Assembly (NCBI GenBank): GCA_942493105.1 | Contig: OW818668.1 | Location: forward strand, 540,001-572,000 | DNA length: 32,000 nucleotides | Reading direction: 5' to 3' | Source: an uncultured Erysipelotrichaceae bacterium | GTDB lineage: Bacteria > Bacillota_I > Bacilli_A > Erysipelotrichales > Erysipelotrichaceae | In this document: positions 23,870 through 32,000 of the stretch, piece by piece | Position numbering within the stretch: position 1 is the stretch's first letter | Layout of the letters: each line of letters starts with the position of its first letter | Made by a program: the position numbers and the translations under genes | Notes under the pieces: model-generated | The model's input: only the letters and a program-made list of their open reading frames with translations | Told to the model about the DNA's origin: nothing | Databases searched by the model: none

Positions 23870-24968
23870 CTATATCAATGATTTAAGATAGGCATAAATG
23901 AATTCATCCAGGCTTCCATCCATGACTTTTTGAAGATTTCCTTCTTCATAACCTGTACGATGATCTTTGACTAAAGTATAGGGCATAAATGTATAGGAAC
24001 GGATCTGTGAACCCCATTCAATGGCTTTTTGTTCACCCTTGATGTTTTTAAGTTTAGATTCTTGAGCTTCGATTTCAAGTTGATAAAGCTTAGATTTCAG
24101 CATGTTCATGGCTGTTTCACGGTTATTGAGCTGTGAACGTTCAGTCTGACAGTTGACAACGATTCCTGTAGGGATGTGTTTCAATCTTACCGCAGAAGAA
24201 ACCTTATTGACATTCTGGCCCCCAGCACCCGAGGCATGTCTGACTTCAAGTTCAATGTCTTTAGGATCGATGACAATTTCTATTTCTTCATTGAATTCAG
24301 GCATGACATCCAATGAACAAAATGAGGTATGACGACGGCCGGATGAATCAAAAGGTGATACACGAACTAAACGATGAACTCCTCGTTCAGCTTTTAGGTA
24401 GCCATAAACCATATCGCCTTCAATTAAGAAAGAGACTGACTTTATGCCGGCTTCTTCGCCTTCTTGGTAGTCGAGGACTTTGACTTTCCATCCGCGTTTT
24501 TCCGCAAACCGAGTATACATCCGATACAGCATTTCTGCCCAATCCTGAGATTCTGTTCCGCCTGCTCCAGGATGAAGTTCTAGGATCGCATTATTATGAT
24601 CGTAGGGATGAGATAATAAGAGCTTGATTTCAAACGCATCAAAAGCATTTTGGGCCAAGTTATATTCATCCTCAACCAAAGCTTTCATTTCTTCATCATA
24701 GTTATCTTTTAAAAGTTCAACTGTTTCTTCGAGTTCAGAATAGGACTTGTTGAGCGATGCATAAGTCGACACCAAGTCATTTAATCCATTTCTTTCTTGG
24801 ATGAGGATCTGGGCTCCTTTACGGTCATTGTAGAAGGAATCCGTCATCATCATCTCGTCGATTTCTTTTATTCTGACTTCATAACTAGCGAAGTCAAAGT
24901 GAGTCACCCAACTGCTTGAGTTTGTCCCTAGTACTGAGGACTCCTTGTTTTAATTCATAATATTCCAT
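23870..24968 (-). CDS. prfB: Peptide chain release factor 2, requiring a +1 programmed ribosomal frameshift
   Basis: Frame 0 runs from ATG 24968 as [24 protein letters not shown] to an in-frame TGA (24896-24894). After a +1 slip on CTT-T, reading continues with GAC at 24895 as [11 protein letters not shown]..., joining the 345-aa ORF in the track. The SPF tripeptide (VSPFDS) and GGQ motif ([10 protein letters not shown]) are present. The mature product would be 365 aa. Confidence 0.92.
24894..24899 (-). other. RF2 autoregulatory +1 frameshift site CTT TGA (followed by C)
   Basis: Minus strand reads ...TTG GGT GAC TCA CTT TGA CTT CGC.... The slippery CTT_T, a TGA in a weak C context, and an upstream GGGTGA complementary to the 16S 3' end match the conserved prfB recoding signal. 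Confidence 0.9.
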
Positions 24969-27311
24969 TTATCTATCTTCCTTTATTTCAATTTTCATAC
25001 GCATACAGAAGTTAAGCACTTCAGAAGCGATGGTATTCATCATGTCTTCAAACAGCTGGTAACCTTCTTCTACATAGGCTTGTAGAGGTTTAGCTTGAGC
25101 ATAAGATCTAAGATGGATGCCTTCTCTTAATTTACTCATGGTATCAATATGTTCTTGCCATGAACGATCTACGATGGTCAATACGACATTCTTTTCAAAT
25201 CCAAGACCAAACTGTTTGATGGGCTCAAGTTTAAGTTCATAAGATGCCCATGCTTTGTCTTTACAATATCCATGCACTTTATCAATATCCATCGAATTTA
25301 GTTCAGCTTCGGTAAGATTTAGATCTTTAAAGCCAATCTTCTCTAAAGCCGTAATTAAATCCGCAGCTAAAATCTTTTCTTTTCCGTCATGGGTAATGTG
25401 GACATTAACCAAGTTATCGATGACTCGAGTAAACATTTCTTCGATCAATGAATGAACATCATCATGTTCAAGGATATAGTTTCTTTGTTTATAGATGATT
25501 TCACGTTGTTGTCTTAATACATCATCGTATTCAAGCAAAGTCTTACGGACATCAAAGTTGACGCCTTCAACACGTTTCTGTGCATTGGTGATCGAGTTGG
25601 TGACCAATTTAGATTCAACAGCTTGATCGCCTAATCTTGAGAAAAGTGATTCATAGCGTTCTGAACCAAATCGAACCATCAGTTCATCTTGAACAGAGAC
25701 AAAGAAACGAGAAAATCCAGGATCTCCTTGTCGACCTGAACGACCTCTGAGCTGGTTATCGATACGACGGGATTCATGACGTTCAGAACCGATGACAGCT
25801 AAACCGCCGACTTCACGAACACCTTCCCCAAGCTTAATATCGGTACCACGGCCTGCCATATTTGTCGCAATGGTTATGGATCCTTTTTGACCTGCTTTAG
25901 CGATGATTTCTGCTTCACGAGCATGATTCTTAGCATTTAAAACTTCATGTCTTAAGTGATTTTGAGTTAGGATCTTACTGATGAATTCTGATGTTTCAAC
26001 TGCGATGGTTCCGATCAAGATCGGTTGACCCAAAGTATGTCTTTCTTGGACTTCAGCCAATAACGCTTGGAATTTTGATTTACGACTTCCAAAAACAGCA
26101 TCAGGCATATCGATACGGATCACAGGTTTATTGGTTGGGATCGCAACGACACGCATATTATAGATCGATAAGAATTCTTCTTCTTCGGTTTTGGCAGTCC
26201 CGGTCATCCCGCAAAGTTTCTTATACAATCTGAAGTAATTCTGATAGGTAATCGTCGCCATGGTTGAAGTTTCTTGTTTGATTGGAACTCCTTCTTTGGC
26301 TTCAATGGCTTGATGCAAACCATCCGAAAAGACACGTCCAGTCATCATACGTCCGGTGAACTGATCAACGATGACGATTTGTCTGTCTTGTACGACATAA
26401 TCAACATCCAGACCCATGATATAGTTGGCTCTTAACGCTTGATGTAAATGATGAACTAAATTTGTATGTTGGATATGATATAAGTTTTCGATCCTAAATA
26501 CTTTTTCTGCGTGGGCTACTCCCTTTTCGGTCAATTGTACTGAACGAGCCTTTAAATCGATATCATAACCATCACCTTCTTTTAAGCTTTTTACGAAACG
26601 ATCGGCTAAAAGATAGAGATTGGCTGTTTGTCTTTGTCCACCTGAAATGATCAGTGGTGTTCTTGATTCATCGATCAAGATGGAGTCGACTTCATCTACC
26701 AAAGCCATATTTAAAGGACGCAAAACACGATCCGTTATCTTAGTGACCATATTGTCTCTTAGATAATCAAAACCAGCTTCCGCATTGGTTGTATACGTAA
26801 TGTCACAATTGTATTGGGCACGTTTTTCACTGGGCACCAAACGTCTTAAGTTTAAACCTACAGTTAACCCTAAGAAACGGTGAATGGCTCCCATCCACTT
26901 AGAGTCACGTTCAGCTAAGTATTCATTGACTGTGATGATGTGGACACCTTGTCCACCTAGCGCATTCAAATACACTGGTAAAACAGAAGTTAAAGTTTTA
27001 CCTTCACCTGTTTTCATTTCTGCGATATCCCCTTGATGCAAGACGATACCACCCATGATTTGAACCAGATAAGGATATTCCCCAATCACACGTTTAGCTG
27101 CTTCACGGGCAACCGCAAACGCTTCCACCATTAAATCATCCAAGGTTTCTCCTTGGGTGAGTCGGTTCTTAAATTCTACGGTCTTAGCTTTTAATTCATC
27201 ATCTGATAAAGCTGCGGTTGATTGTGCTAGAGCATCAACCTCTAGCGCTTTCTTTTTTAACGATTCAAGTTGTTTGGCTTCTCCACCAAACAGTTTGTCT
27301 AGTATTCCCAT
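24969..27311 (-). CDS. secA: Preprotein translocase ATPase SecA (no C-terminal zinc-binding tail)
   Basis: 780 aa. Walker A MKTGEGKTL, DEVDS box, and the full NBD/PPXD/HSD/HWD order are present. GGAGG lies 5 nt upstream of the ATG. The stop codon TAA (24971-24969) directly abuts the prfB ATG. Confidence 0.95.
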   Translation of the reverse strand: MGILDKLFGGEAKQLESLKKKALEVDALAQSTAALSDDELKAKTVEFKNRLTQGETLDDLMVEAFAVAREAAKRVIGEYPYLVQIMGGIVLHQGDIAEMKTGEGKTLTSVLPVYLNALGGQGVHIITVNEYLAERDSKWMGAIHRFLGLTVGLNLRRLVPSEKRAQYNCDITYTTNAEAGFDYLRDNMVTKITDRVLRPLNMALVDEVDSILIDESRTPLIISGGQRQTANLYLLADRFVKSLKEGDGYDIDLKARSVQLTEKGVAHAEKVFRIENLYHIQHTNLVHHLHQALRANYIMGLDVDYVVQDRQIVIVDQFTGRMMTGRVFSDGLHQAIEAKEGVPIKQETSTMATITYQNYFRLYKKLCGMTGTAKTEEEEFLSIYNMRVVAIPTNKPVIRIDMPDAVFGSRKSKFQALLAEVQERHTLGQPILIGTIAVETSEFISKILTQNHLRHEVLNAKNHAREAEIIAKAGQKGSITIATNMAGRGTDIKLGEGVREVGGLAVIGSERHESRRIDNQLRGRSGRQGDPGFSRFFVSVQDELMVRFGSERYESLFSRLGDQAVESKLVTNSITNAQKRVEGVNFDVRKTLLEYDDVLRQQREIIYKQRNYILEHDDVHSLIEEMFTRVIDNLVNVHITHDGKEKILAADLITALEKIGFKDLNLTEAELNSMDIDKVHGYCKDKAWASYELKLEPIKQFGLGFEKNVVLTIVDRSWQEHIDTMSKLREGIHLRSYAQAKPLQAYVEEGYQLFEDMMNTIASEVLNFCMRMKIEIKEDR

Positions 27312-27393
27312 GTGATCCTCCGAAATTCCATTGTTATTATAACATTATAATTATGTGAGCATTATGGCAATAAACCAAGTCTATTTCTGCAAC

Positions 27394-27421
27394 AAAAAGG
27401 TTGGACTTTCGTCCAACCTTT
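27394..27421 (-). terminator. Rho-independent terminator after the cold-shock gene
   Basis: AAAGGTTGGAC (27396-27406), loop TTTC, GTCCAACCTTT (27411-27421). On the minus strand it is followed by TTGTTG. Confidence 0.8.
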
Positions 27422-27427
27422 ATGAGC

Positions 27428-27625
27428 TTATATCTTTGTGATATTTTGAGCTTGCAAGCCGCGATCTGTCTCGACTTGCTCGAATTCAACATCAGCGTTT
27501 TCTTCGATTGTTTTGAATCCGTCCATCTTCAATTGTGAATAATGGAAGAATACATCTTTACCGTCATTATTGACGATGAAACCGAAGCCTTTTTCTTTGT
27601 TGAACTTCTTAACTTTTCCTTGCAT
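27428..27625 (-). CDS. Cold-shock protein, CspA family
   Basis: 65 aa with RNP1 KGFGFI and RNP2-like VFFHY. Confidence 0.92.
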   Translation of the reverse strand: MQGKVKKFNKEKGFGFIVNNDGKDVFFHYSQLKMDGFKTIEENADVEFEQVETDRGLQAQNITKI

Positions 27626-27671
27626 CTAATCCTATACCTTTCCCATGTAGATAATACTACACTACGTGTTC

Positions 27672-27699
27672 ATAATAACACAGTTCTAAATAATTGCAA
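27672..27699 (-). promoter_or_regulatory. Sigma-A promoter of the cold-shock gene (TTGCAA-16-TGtTATTAT, extended -10)
   Basis: Minus strand reads TTGCAA (27699-27694), a 16-nt spacer ending in TGT, then TATTAT (27677-27672). It lies about 45 nt upstream of the ATG. Confidence 0.55.
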
Positions 27700-27709
27700 G
27701 AATATTCGC

Positions 27710-28378
27710 TCACAACTTTATATGATCTGGATGCATGGCCAAAACGATGACGATTATCGAATTGGCCAAGGGTTTAAGCAGATCTATGCAAGCTTTAATT
27801 GAATACCCTGTCGTACATACATCATCTATTAGAACGATATCCTGTCCAACAACCAGCTGTGGATGGACCAATCGTATGTGGTTTTTAATCTTAGATCTTT
27901 GTGATACATTACGTTGACTTTGTTTGATGTCGTCCTTTTCAAAGGGACAGGTCAACTCTAACTCAACTTCTTGAAACATACATCTTAAGGCATCAAAACC
28001 TCTCGAATCTGTTTTCTTACGTGAAGACGGCACCAATACTAAAGTTTTATTTAGACAGCGTTTTTTTAAATCACGGACATAAGGATGAAGAAAGATTGGA
28101 GCGAGTGTTTCATCTTTGTTTTCTTTAACCTGATAGATCAACTTTTCAAAGAACGCATCATAGACATAATACGCATATACAGACTCACCTAAGACTTGAA
28201 ACGATTTTCTGATCGGATTGAATTGTTGTCGACAATACCCACATAAGATGTCTTCTTTTCTAAACAGATCCAGTATGCCTAGCCCATCTGTTAAGTCACA
28301 GAAACAATTTAAGCAGACAGGTTGGCTCTTCGTAAATCGCTCAAACATTTCCTTAAAGCGTTTGACATGCGAAAGCAC
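27710..28378 (-). CDS. comFC: Competence protein ComFC (phosphoribosyltransferase-like)
   Basis: 222 aa. N-terminal Cys clusters CLNCFC...CGYCRQQF and the PRTase motif IVLIDDVCTTGYS are present. The GTG start at 28378 is preceded by GGGGAGGTGA. It overlaps comFA by 70 nt. Confidence 0.85.
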   Translation of the reverse strand: MLSHVKRFKEMFERFTKSQPVCLNCFCDLTDGLGILDLFRKEDILCGYCRQQFNPIRKSFQVLGESVYAYYVYDAFFEKLIYQVKENKDETLAPIFLHPYVRDLKKRCLNKTLVLVPSSRKKTDSRGFDALRCMFQEVELELTCPFEKDDIKQSQRNVSQRSKIKNHIRLVHPQLVVGQDIVLIDDVCTTGYSIKACIDLLKPLANSIIVIVLAMHPDHIKL

Positions 28379-29415
28379 AGGAACTTCACCTCCCCACTTG
28401 GATAAGCAGGATCTCTACCCACTCTACCTGCAATCTGCGTTAAGACCGCAGTATCAAAAACCTTATGATCAGCTTGAAGGACCGCAACTTGAATATCACT
28501 AAAGGTCACACCTCTTTCTAGTACCGTTGTACTTACCAATCGTTTGATCGACTTTGATTTAAAGCCTTGAATCAGTTCATCAAGATTTTCTTTAGAAGCA
28601 TGTACAAACGGAAGCCGAAGCACTTTTGAAAGATGTTTCCCAACTTTTAAACTTGGGACAAAAATCAACCATGCCTTTTGAGAGCGTTTTAAAATGATCA
28701 TCAGAATGATCACCTGAACCCAGAAAGGAGAGAAAATGAGTTCAGGGACCGGAAGCGGCATGAGATGGGGACGTTGATTGAGAGTCAGCATTTTTAGTTT
28801 GCCCTGTTTGACTTGCCTCATCATTTTTTTATCGGGTGTCGCAGTTAGATAAATGATGTGGCCTTTTACTGCTTGTCGCATAAAGCCTTCTAAAACCGGA
28901 TTGTTTCGATAAGGAAAGGCATCTGGTTCATCTAGAATCAAACAATCAAACATCTTTTTGAATCGATAAAGCTGATGCGTCGTCGTGATGATCAATTGAC
29001 CTTTAAGATCTTGTGTATGACCTTCACACACCACAATAACTTTAATCGAAGGAAATGCATCTTTGAATCGCTGAAACAATTGAAGAGCGACTTGTTTTCT
29101 AGCTACCGCGACACCTACACTAAGTGATCGATTAAGATGATCCTGAATGGTTTCCATGACCAATTCTGTTTTGCCAGCACCACAAACCGCCCAAATTAAG
29201 ACATCACTGGTCTTCACCAAAGTTTTTGTTTGATTTGAGATATCCATTTGAGCTTGAGTCAGTTTAAACGCTAGTTTGTAGTCAATAATGTCTTCATTAA
29301 AAATCGTTTGAGCATCATCGCCTTGATATCCAATACAACGTCGACAAATCCATTGACCACGAATGTTGACGAAAGTTCTAAGATCTGTGTTTAAACAACG
29401 TTCACATGTGGGCAT
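28309..29415 (-). CDS. comFA: Competence helicase ComFA (DEAD/DEAH-box, N-terminal zinc finger)
   Basis: 368 aa. CERC...CRRC zinc finger, Walker A AVCGAGKTE, DExD box LILDEPDAF, and motif VI QIAGRVGR are present. No recognisable SD upstream of the ATG at 29415. Confidence 0.85.
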   Translation of the reverse strand: MPTCERCLNTDLRTFVNIRGQWICRRCIGYQGDDAQTIFNEDIIDYKLAFKLTQAQMDISNQTKTLVKTSDVLIWAVCGAGKTELVMETIQDHLNRSLSVGVAVARKQVALQLFQRFKDAFPSIKVIVVCEGHTQDLKGQLIITTTHQLYRFKKMFDCLILDEPDAFPYRNNPVLEGFMRQAVKGHIIYLTATPDKKMMRQVKQGKLKMLTLNQRPHLMPLPVPELIFSPFWVQVIILMIILKRSQKAWLIFVPSLKVGKHLSKVLRLPFVHASKENLDELIQGFKSKSIKRLVSTTVLERGVTFSDIQVAVLQADHKVFDTAVLTQIAGRVGRDPAYPSGEVKFLCFRMSNALRKCLSDLRRANLSA

Positions 29416-29460
29416 ATTTCTTTATAAGCTCATCAAATAACTTTTCCTAAAAAAAAGACC

Positions 29461-30024
29461 TTAACGGTCTGTAAATGGCCAAGGCACGATTTGCGTACTG
29501 TTAACCAGATATGCTTTTTTTGAATATCTTGCCAGAGGTGTATCAGATAATGAATCTGAATAAAATTCGTCAATCTTACTTAAATCATAACTTTCTGAAA
29601 ATCTCTTAACCTTTTCAGGTCCCCAGCAATTTTCGCCTGACTTTCCTGTTTTTTGATCAACAATGCTCGCAATCAGTACACAGCCCCATTCATCAATCAA
29701 AGGTTGAAGTAAAAACGTAGGTGATGCTGAAATAATCACATCATCTGTTTTCTTTTGTCTAAGATAAAAGTCGCGCAGATATTTTCGATGCGTGATCCAA
29801 AAACCATGAACGCGATCATCCATATCCTTAATGGTTTTCATATAGACATAAAAAACTTGTTTCATTTGGGTCTTAGGAATGAGTTTTAATTTATATTTCA
29901 TCAACGCAACAATTTGTTTAGGAAAAAACCGCAATAAGGTCCAATCTTTCTTTAAATTATAAACATAGAAGTCAATCGAGGAATCTCTTGCGTAGATTGT
30001 TTTATCAAAATCATAAACATTCAT
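29461..30024 (-). CDS. HAD-superfamily hydrolase (subfamily IB-like)
   Basis: 187 aa. N-terminal HAD motif I VYDFDKTIY (DxDxT) and a later SASP motif II-like segment are present. It is followed on the minus strand by a weak hairpin AGACC-GTTAA-GGTCT plus T8 (29446-29467). Confidence 0.75.
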   Translation of the reverse strand: MNVYDFDKTIYARDSSIDFYVYNLKKDWTLLRFFPKQIVALMKYKLKLIPKTQMKQVFYVYMKTIKDMDDRVHGFWITHRKYLRDFYLRQKKTDDVIISASPTFLLQPLIDEWGCVLIASIVDQKTGKSGENCWGPEKVKRFSESYDLSKIDEFYSDSLSDTPLARYSKKAYLVNSTQIVPWPFTDR

Positions 30025-30026
30025 AA

Positions 30027-30494
30027 TTAGAGTGCCTTAGGTTCGTTGTCTGTAAAGTCTGTATTTTTAGGTGTTTTGTATAGATTCACGATTGCAAAGG
30101 TCATGCTGGCGATGACCCACACATGGAATATCGCATCGATGATCCACTCCAAACCACCAAATGAAGTATAGACATATATCATGGCAATCGTATCTAGAAT
30201 ATAGATAACTAAACCTAGAATCATCATTTTTGGTTTCTTTGCTAACGCAAGATAAGAACCCAAGAATCCTCCAAAAATTAACACAAGGATCGATATGTAT
30301 ATAATCGCCTCTAACATATAACCTAATTGAATACTACTGGTTGCCCACGCTCCCAACAACAAGGGTGTAAACATTGAAAAAGGAAATGAAATACTCATTT
30401 TTAATAAGAATAAGACATAATTGACAAGTGTGAAAATCATAACCAAAGCCATATTGGCTTTAGCTGACTGCAATGCGGATTGTTTCTTAAACAT
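30027..30494 (-). CDS. Hypothetical membrane protein (about 4 TM)
   Basis: 155 aa. AAAGGGGA lies 6 nt upstream of the ATG. It is separated from the HAD gene by 2 nt. Confidence 0.6.
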   Translation of the reverse strand: MFKKQSALQSAKANMALVMIFTLVNYVLFLLKMSISFPFSMFTPLLLGAWATSSIQLGYMLEAIIYISILVLIFGGFLGSYLALAKKPKMMILGLVIYILDTIAMIYVYTSFGGLEWIIDAIFHVWVIASMTFAIVNLYKTPKNTDFTDNEPKAL

Positions 30495-30604
30495 ATTGGG
30501 TCCCCTTTAGTGATTTAATCCCTCTAAGTATATTGTATAAGATATAGATATGGTAAGTCATTTTAGTCAAAAAGGAAAGTGCAAACCTTAAATTTAAAAT
30601 CAAG

Positions 30605-30640
30605 ATAAAAAAACTTCCTCTTAAATCAAGTGAGGAAGTT
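30605..30640 (-). terminator. Rho-independent terminator of the two-component operon
   Basis: AACTTCCTC (30612-30620) pairs with GAGGAAGTT (30632-30640). The histidine kinase stop codon sits in the 11-nt loop. On the minus strand the hairpin is followed by T7. Confidence 0.7.
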
Positions 30641-31745
30641 CTACTTCGAAGATGGTTCCTTCATTTGGCTTACTGATCGTATTGATCAAGCCAGAATGAC
30701 GTTGAATGATATTAAGGACCAAGGAGAGTCCTAAACCTAATCCTTCCTTATCTGATCCTTCGACCCGATAGAAAGGCTCAAAGATATGGTGCAAATCTTC
30801 TTCTGAGATGCCTTTACCTGTATCAGCGATCGTTACTTTAGTTCCATGTTTCAAACATTCAAGTTTAATGTTGACACGGCCTTCTGGATGATTGTATTTT
30901 ATACCGTTTTCGATCAAGTTATAGAATGCTCGATAAAGTAAAACTTGATTGCCTTTACTGGATGGGCATTCTGATAATTGTTGCTCAATATGAACTTGAT
31001 GTTGCTTGGCATAAGGTTGGATATCGGTGATCACATCCATTAAGATTTCATCCATCATGATGTTGTCATCGATGGACGCTGTGGTCAATACACTGCTATC
31101 CAATAAGGTTTCTATGACCGCATTCATCTTTTGAAGGCTTTGATGGATGATGGCGATGGTTTCTTGATAGTCTTTGATATCTCTGCCTTCTAGATGATTT
31201 AAGACATCGATATGAGCTTTCATGATGGCCAAAGGGGTTTTTAGTTCGTGGGCAACAGATACATTAAAATGCTTCTGGGCACTTAATGCCCCATCTAACT
31301 TACTGAGCATTTCATTATAGGTTTGAGATAAAGTCTGAACTTCATCGCTGCTGGCATTAAGTTCAGCTTGTTTACCAGCTTTGACTTGTTTGGTGAGATC
31401 TTTGATGGGTCGATTGAAATGCGCAACGATCAAATATGCGATCCCAATTAAAACCAACATAGAAACACCAGTAATGATGGCTGTGTTGATGACTAGGTTT
31501 GTTTTAAAAGAATCCACATCAACTGTGATGATGATTCCGCTTTTATTCGTTGTGTTATCTTGGATCACTGAATAATCAAAGTCGTTTTGAATGGCTTCCT
31601 GTTGGCTCTTACGCGTCATTTCATCATGATAAAGACCAACTAAGGTCTTGGTTGCGAAATCAACGCTCATCAAGTAGAAAACGCCACAGGTGAATATGGC
31701 GAAAGCTAAAGCGATAAAGGTTTTGGTTTGTATTGATTTTTTCAT
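30621..31745 (-). CDS. Sensor histidine kinase (2 TM, ~60-aa external loop, HisKA plus HATPase_c)
   Basis: 374 aa. H-box SVAHELKTPL, N-box NLIENGIKYN, G1 DTGKGI and G2 GLGLGLS are present. Confidence 0.9.
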   Translation of the reverse strand: MKKSIQTKTFIALAFAIFTCGVFYLMSVDFATKTLVGLYHDEMTRKSQQEAIQNDFDYSVIQDNTTNKSGIIITVDVDSFKTNLVINTAIITGVSMLVLIGIAYLIVAHFNRPIKDLTKQVKAGKQAELNASSDEVQTLSQTYNEMLSKLDGALSAQKHFNVSVAHELKTPLAIMKAHIDVLNHLEGRDIKDYQETIAIIHQSLQKMNAVIETLLDSSVLTTASIDDNIMMDEILMDVITDIQPYAKQHQVHIEQQLSECPSSKGNQVLLYRAFYNLIENGIKYNHPEGRVNIKLECLKHGTKVTIADTGKGISEEDLHHIFEPFYRVEGSDKEGLGLGLSLVLNIIQRHSGLINTISKPNEGTIFEVELPHLI

Positions 31746-31757
31746 GGGTGAGGGGTG

Positions 31758-32000
31758 TTAGGAGTTGAATCGATAACCTACGCCTTTAACCGTTTGTATG
31801 ACATCATCACGCTGTGTCGTTTCCTGTATCTTCTTACGCAACGCATAAATATGAACGCGCATTGCTTCACTGAAGGGATCTGCTTCATCATTCCAGCATT
31901 TCTCTAAGAGTTCTTCTGAACTGATGATACGATCCCTATTTTGAACCAAATAAGTAAATATCGTATATTCCTTAAGTGTTAAAATCATTAATTTATCTTT
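31758..32000 (-). CDS. OmpR-family response regulator, C-terminal winged-helix part only (truncated by the window edge)
   Basis: The reading frame is open to position 32000 (KDKLMILTLKEYTIFTYL...VKGVGYRFNS). This matches the OmpR/PhoB trans_reg_C pattern (LTxKEyxll..L ... vrGvGYrf). The receiver domain lies outside the window. Confidence 0.85.
   Translation of the reverse strand, partial: KDKLMILTLKEYTIFTYLVQNRDRIISSEELLEKCWNDEADPFSEAMRVHIYALRKKIQETTQRDDVIQTVKGVGYRFNS

Noticed and set aside
31746-31757. Histidine kinase start lacks an SD (C-rich CACCCCTCACCC before the ATG)
   Set aside because: This is probably translational coupling or reinitiation, since the start is 12 nt after the response-regulator stop. 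That arrangement is common in two-component operons and is not evidence of a pseudogene.
1-32000. Search by eye for CRISPR arrays, tRNA/rRNA genes, IS elements, integrases, long direct or inverted terminal repeats, and riboswitch or T-box leaders
   Set aside because: I found no repeat-spacer periodicity, cloverleaf-like or rRNA-like segments, or transposase or integrase ORFs. The only repeats seen are terminator and operator hairpins and the intragenic repeat in the PASTA-protein tail.

Overview
Densely coding, mostly minus-strand chromosomal window from a low-GC Bacillota-type genome. The class-level guess (Erysipelotrichia- or Acholeplasma-like) is inference only. The genetic code is standard: TGA is used as a stop and RF2 is encoded.

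Housekeeping block: comFA-comFC, a CspA-type cold-shock gene, secA and prfB, plus an M24 Xaa-Pro peptidase, a cyclophilin and rmuC. prfB has a classic +1 programmed frameshift (CTT TGA C), so the ORF track misses its first 24 codons.

Transport and accessory blocks:
- A heterodimeric ABC exporter pair with one degenerate ATP site, preceded by a ~695-bp non-coding leader.
- An AEC permease plus a HIBADH-family dehydrogenase.
- A PRD-type regulator converging, stop codon against stop codon, on a mannose-family PTS locus.
- A YtrA-type GntR plus ABC operon with a perfect 16-bp inverted-repeat operator.
- A two-component system whose response regulator is cut by the window edge.

Best candidates for something undescribed:
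1. The PTS operon IIB-IIC-IID continues into an unrecognisable 343-aa protein and two tandem neutral-ceramidase-fold Zn hydrolases. It contains no classical sugar-phosphate catabolic enzyme.
2. A self-contained cassette at 5309-6654 has a near-consensus promoter overlapped by an 11-bp palindrome. It encodes an XRE-HTH protein with an unknown C-terminal domain, translationally coupled to an AbiEii-like nucleotidyltransferase. This is a putative type IV TA or abortive-infection variant.
3. A three-hairpin candidate sRNA with two CCCCC loops lies in the pepP/prfB convergent spacer.

I saw no rRNA, tRNA, CRISPR array, transposase or integrase. All homology calls come from motif recognition by eye; no searches were run.
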